DNA of 34,066 bases from Nemertoderma westbladi (Eukaryota > Animalia > Xenacoelomorpha). Both the position numbers and the translations under genes were made by a program. Shown piece by piece: positions 32,469-34,066 of the stretch. The stretch lies in NCBI GenBank assembly GCA_032718475.1, contig JAUCBJ010006311.1, positions 1 to 34,066 on the forward strand, given 5' to 3'. Position 1 is the first letter of the stretch. Each line of letters opens with the position of its first letter. The notes below the pieces were generated by a model. The model worked only from the letters and a program-made list of their open reading frames with translations, did not search any database and had not been told where the DNA came from.

Positions 32469-32844
32469 AACCACGATTGTAAATACAACAGATTATTTTA
32501 AAACAATTGCATGTCGGCGAATAAACAAGTTTGAAATTTCTAGCTTATTATTTCAAGCCAATTCCCTCTAATTTCGAACACCAAAAAACCGGCGTAAATC
32601 AAAAATGGAGATGTTACAATGTAATGTAATTAAAAAAAACCGTCTCAAAAAAAGTGCAAAAGTTGGGTTAAAAAATGGCAAAAAAATTAAAAAAAAATTA
32701 AAAAAAAATTAAAAAAAATTATAACACCATTATTAATAATACACAACGACTGGATCATATTAAGCGTTATTTGACACTAATTAATCAGAATACAACAATA
32801 TATTTATCATCCGCCCGAATTAATCTTTTTTCATGGTCCCTTAA

Positions 32845-34066
32845 CCCTATTAGTAGGGTGGAAACTTAAATGGTGAAAAAATAAAAATTTTCGAATTTCA
32901 AAATTGTAACAATTTTTTTCGTTGAACGGTCCTATTTTAAAATGTTTTACACCATTTTTACCTCCCCACATCAATTTTACATCAATTGCCCCAGGGGTTT
33001 TTGAAATGACCCATATCACGCAGATACTATAAATTGAAGATAAAAGGCAATTTGTGAGTTAGGTTACTTCCAGTCATCGTATGACATCAATTTTAGTCTC
33101 ATTGGAACCGCAATGGTCGATATAGTGGGGGTAGATGAGATTCTTGAAGCCATTAAACCAATATTTTGGAAGCTGGATTAAAGTTTATTTCAAAATTTCA
33201 AAAAATTACGGGAAATTCAATGAAAAAGATCAAAATGTCAGTTTTGACACTTCTCTTTGTCATATAGAGTCAATTTTAATCTCATTCGAACCGCAATGGT
33301 CGATTTAGTGGGGGTAGATGAGATTCTCATAGCCCTCAAACCAATATTCTGGAAGCTGGAGTAAAATTTATTTAAAATTTGCCAGCACCTAAAGAATAAG
33401 AAATTATTTTTTAAATAGGTGTATTATTATGCTTCGATATTTCTCTGTCAAGGTAACCAAAATAATTTTCTATCGATTTAGTAGTTGTAGCGTCTTTATC
33501 ATCTAAGATACTTTCTGGCAAGTTTGTGACTAGGAGGTGATCATTTGTACCATCTCCGAAACCATATTGGTCACCACGTTGTAACTTTAGCTTTGCCACA
33601 ATTTCAGAGCACAGCTTATTGATATATATGTTCATCAATTGTTTGTCACATATTGAGGTATAGTTAGCAAGGCTGAAGCAAACATTGTAACCATATGATG
33701 ATGTCTTCTTAACGAGTGGTTTTAGATAATATGGTCTTAGAGAGGGAATTGCACAGGTGTCAAACTGTAGAAAATCTTCATCTGTGGATAACTTGAGATC
33801 ATTGTAGAGGTTAGGGAGTATATACATCAATTGACGAATTGTTACTTTGTGGTCCAACAACATGCTCATATATGGAACTGTGATATGTAAGCCAATAAGA
33901 GCTACACCTGCCCATAAAAACTTACAAAGATCCATAATGCCTGCTACTGATCTTAAGTAACATGCAAGTTGATTATGTACACCACTGTAAGTATCAAGCC
34001 ACATCAGCCAGACATCAGCAAGTTACAGACCACCAGCGCAGCGCTCTTCAAACTCACCAAATCGGT
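32845..34066. mobile_element. DNA transposon end (TTAA|CCCTATTAGTA) with ~180-bp subterminal duplication and transposase-like pseudogene; runs off the window
   Basis: TCAATTTTA.TCTCATT.GAACCGCAATGGTCGAT repeated at ~33087 and ~33270. Confidence 0.55.
33411..34066 (-). pseudogene. Putative transposase C-terminal fragment with in-frame stop at 34023-34025
   Basis: Frame reads RFGEFEERCAGGL*LADVWLMWLD...ALIGLHITVPY...TTKSIENYFGYLD; ExxFxxLD resembles hAT-like C-terminal motifs; superfamily not certain. Confidence 0.5.

Noticed and set aside
32234-32501. Pro- and Gly-rich ORFs
   Set aside because: Translations of the GGGGGCAAT tandem array

Overview
AT-rich metazoan (invertebrate-type) genomic DNA. 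The main feature is a young 13.0-kb BEL/Pao LTR retrotransposon on the minus strand (1646-14666). It has 1209-bp LTRs differing at 4 positions by my count, TG...CA ends, a TTGAT target-site duplication and a polypurine tract. The element is non-autonomous: Gag and protease are kept, while RT, most of RNase H and integrase are lost through two apparently in-frame deletions. It is unusual in three ways. (i) It has no tRNA-type (TGG) primer-binding site; the post-LTR sequence is instead complementary to sequences inside its own LTR, resembling Tf1-style self-priming. (ii) Its 2.4-kb leader is structured and repetitive, with an HIV-DIS-like kissing-loop hairpin and 14 TACCGGT motifs. (iii) It carries an extra ~600-aa ORF in the env position that is not Env-like but has zinc knuckles and a basic tail, preceded by a GC-rich hairpin domain. 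The rest of the window holds two coding exons of an adenylate cyclase (ADCY3-like), an RTE-clade LINE with a TSD plus a short second copy, a CR1/L2-type LINE fragment, a tRNA-derived SINE, several MITE/DNA-transposon remnants and tandem repeats. All family assignments come from motif recognition by eye; no searches were run.
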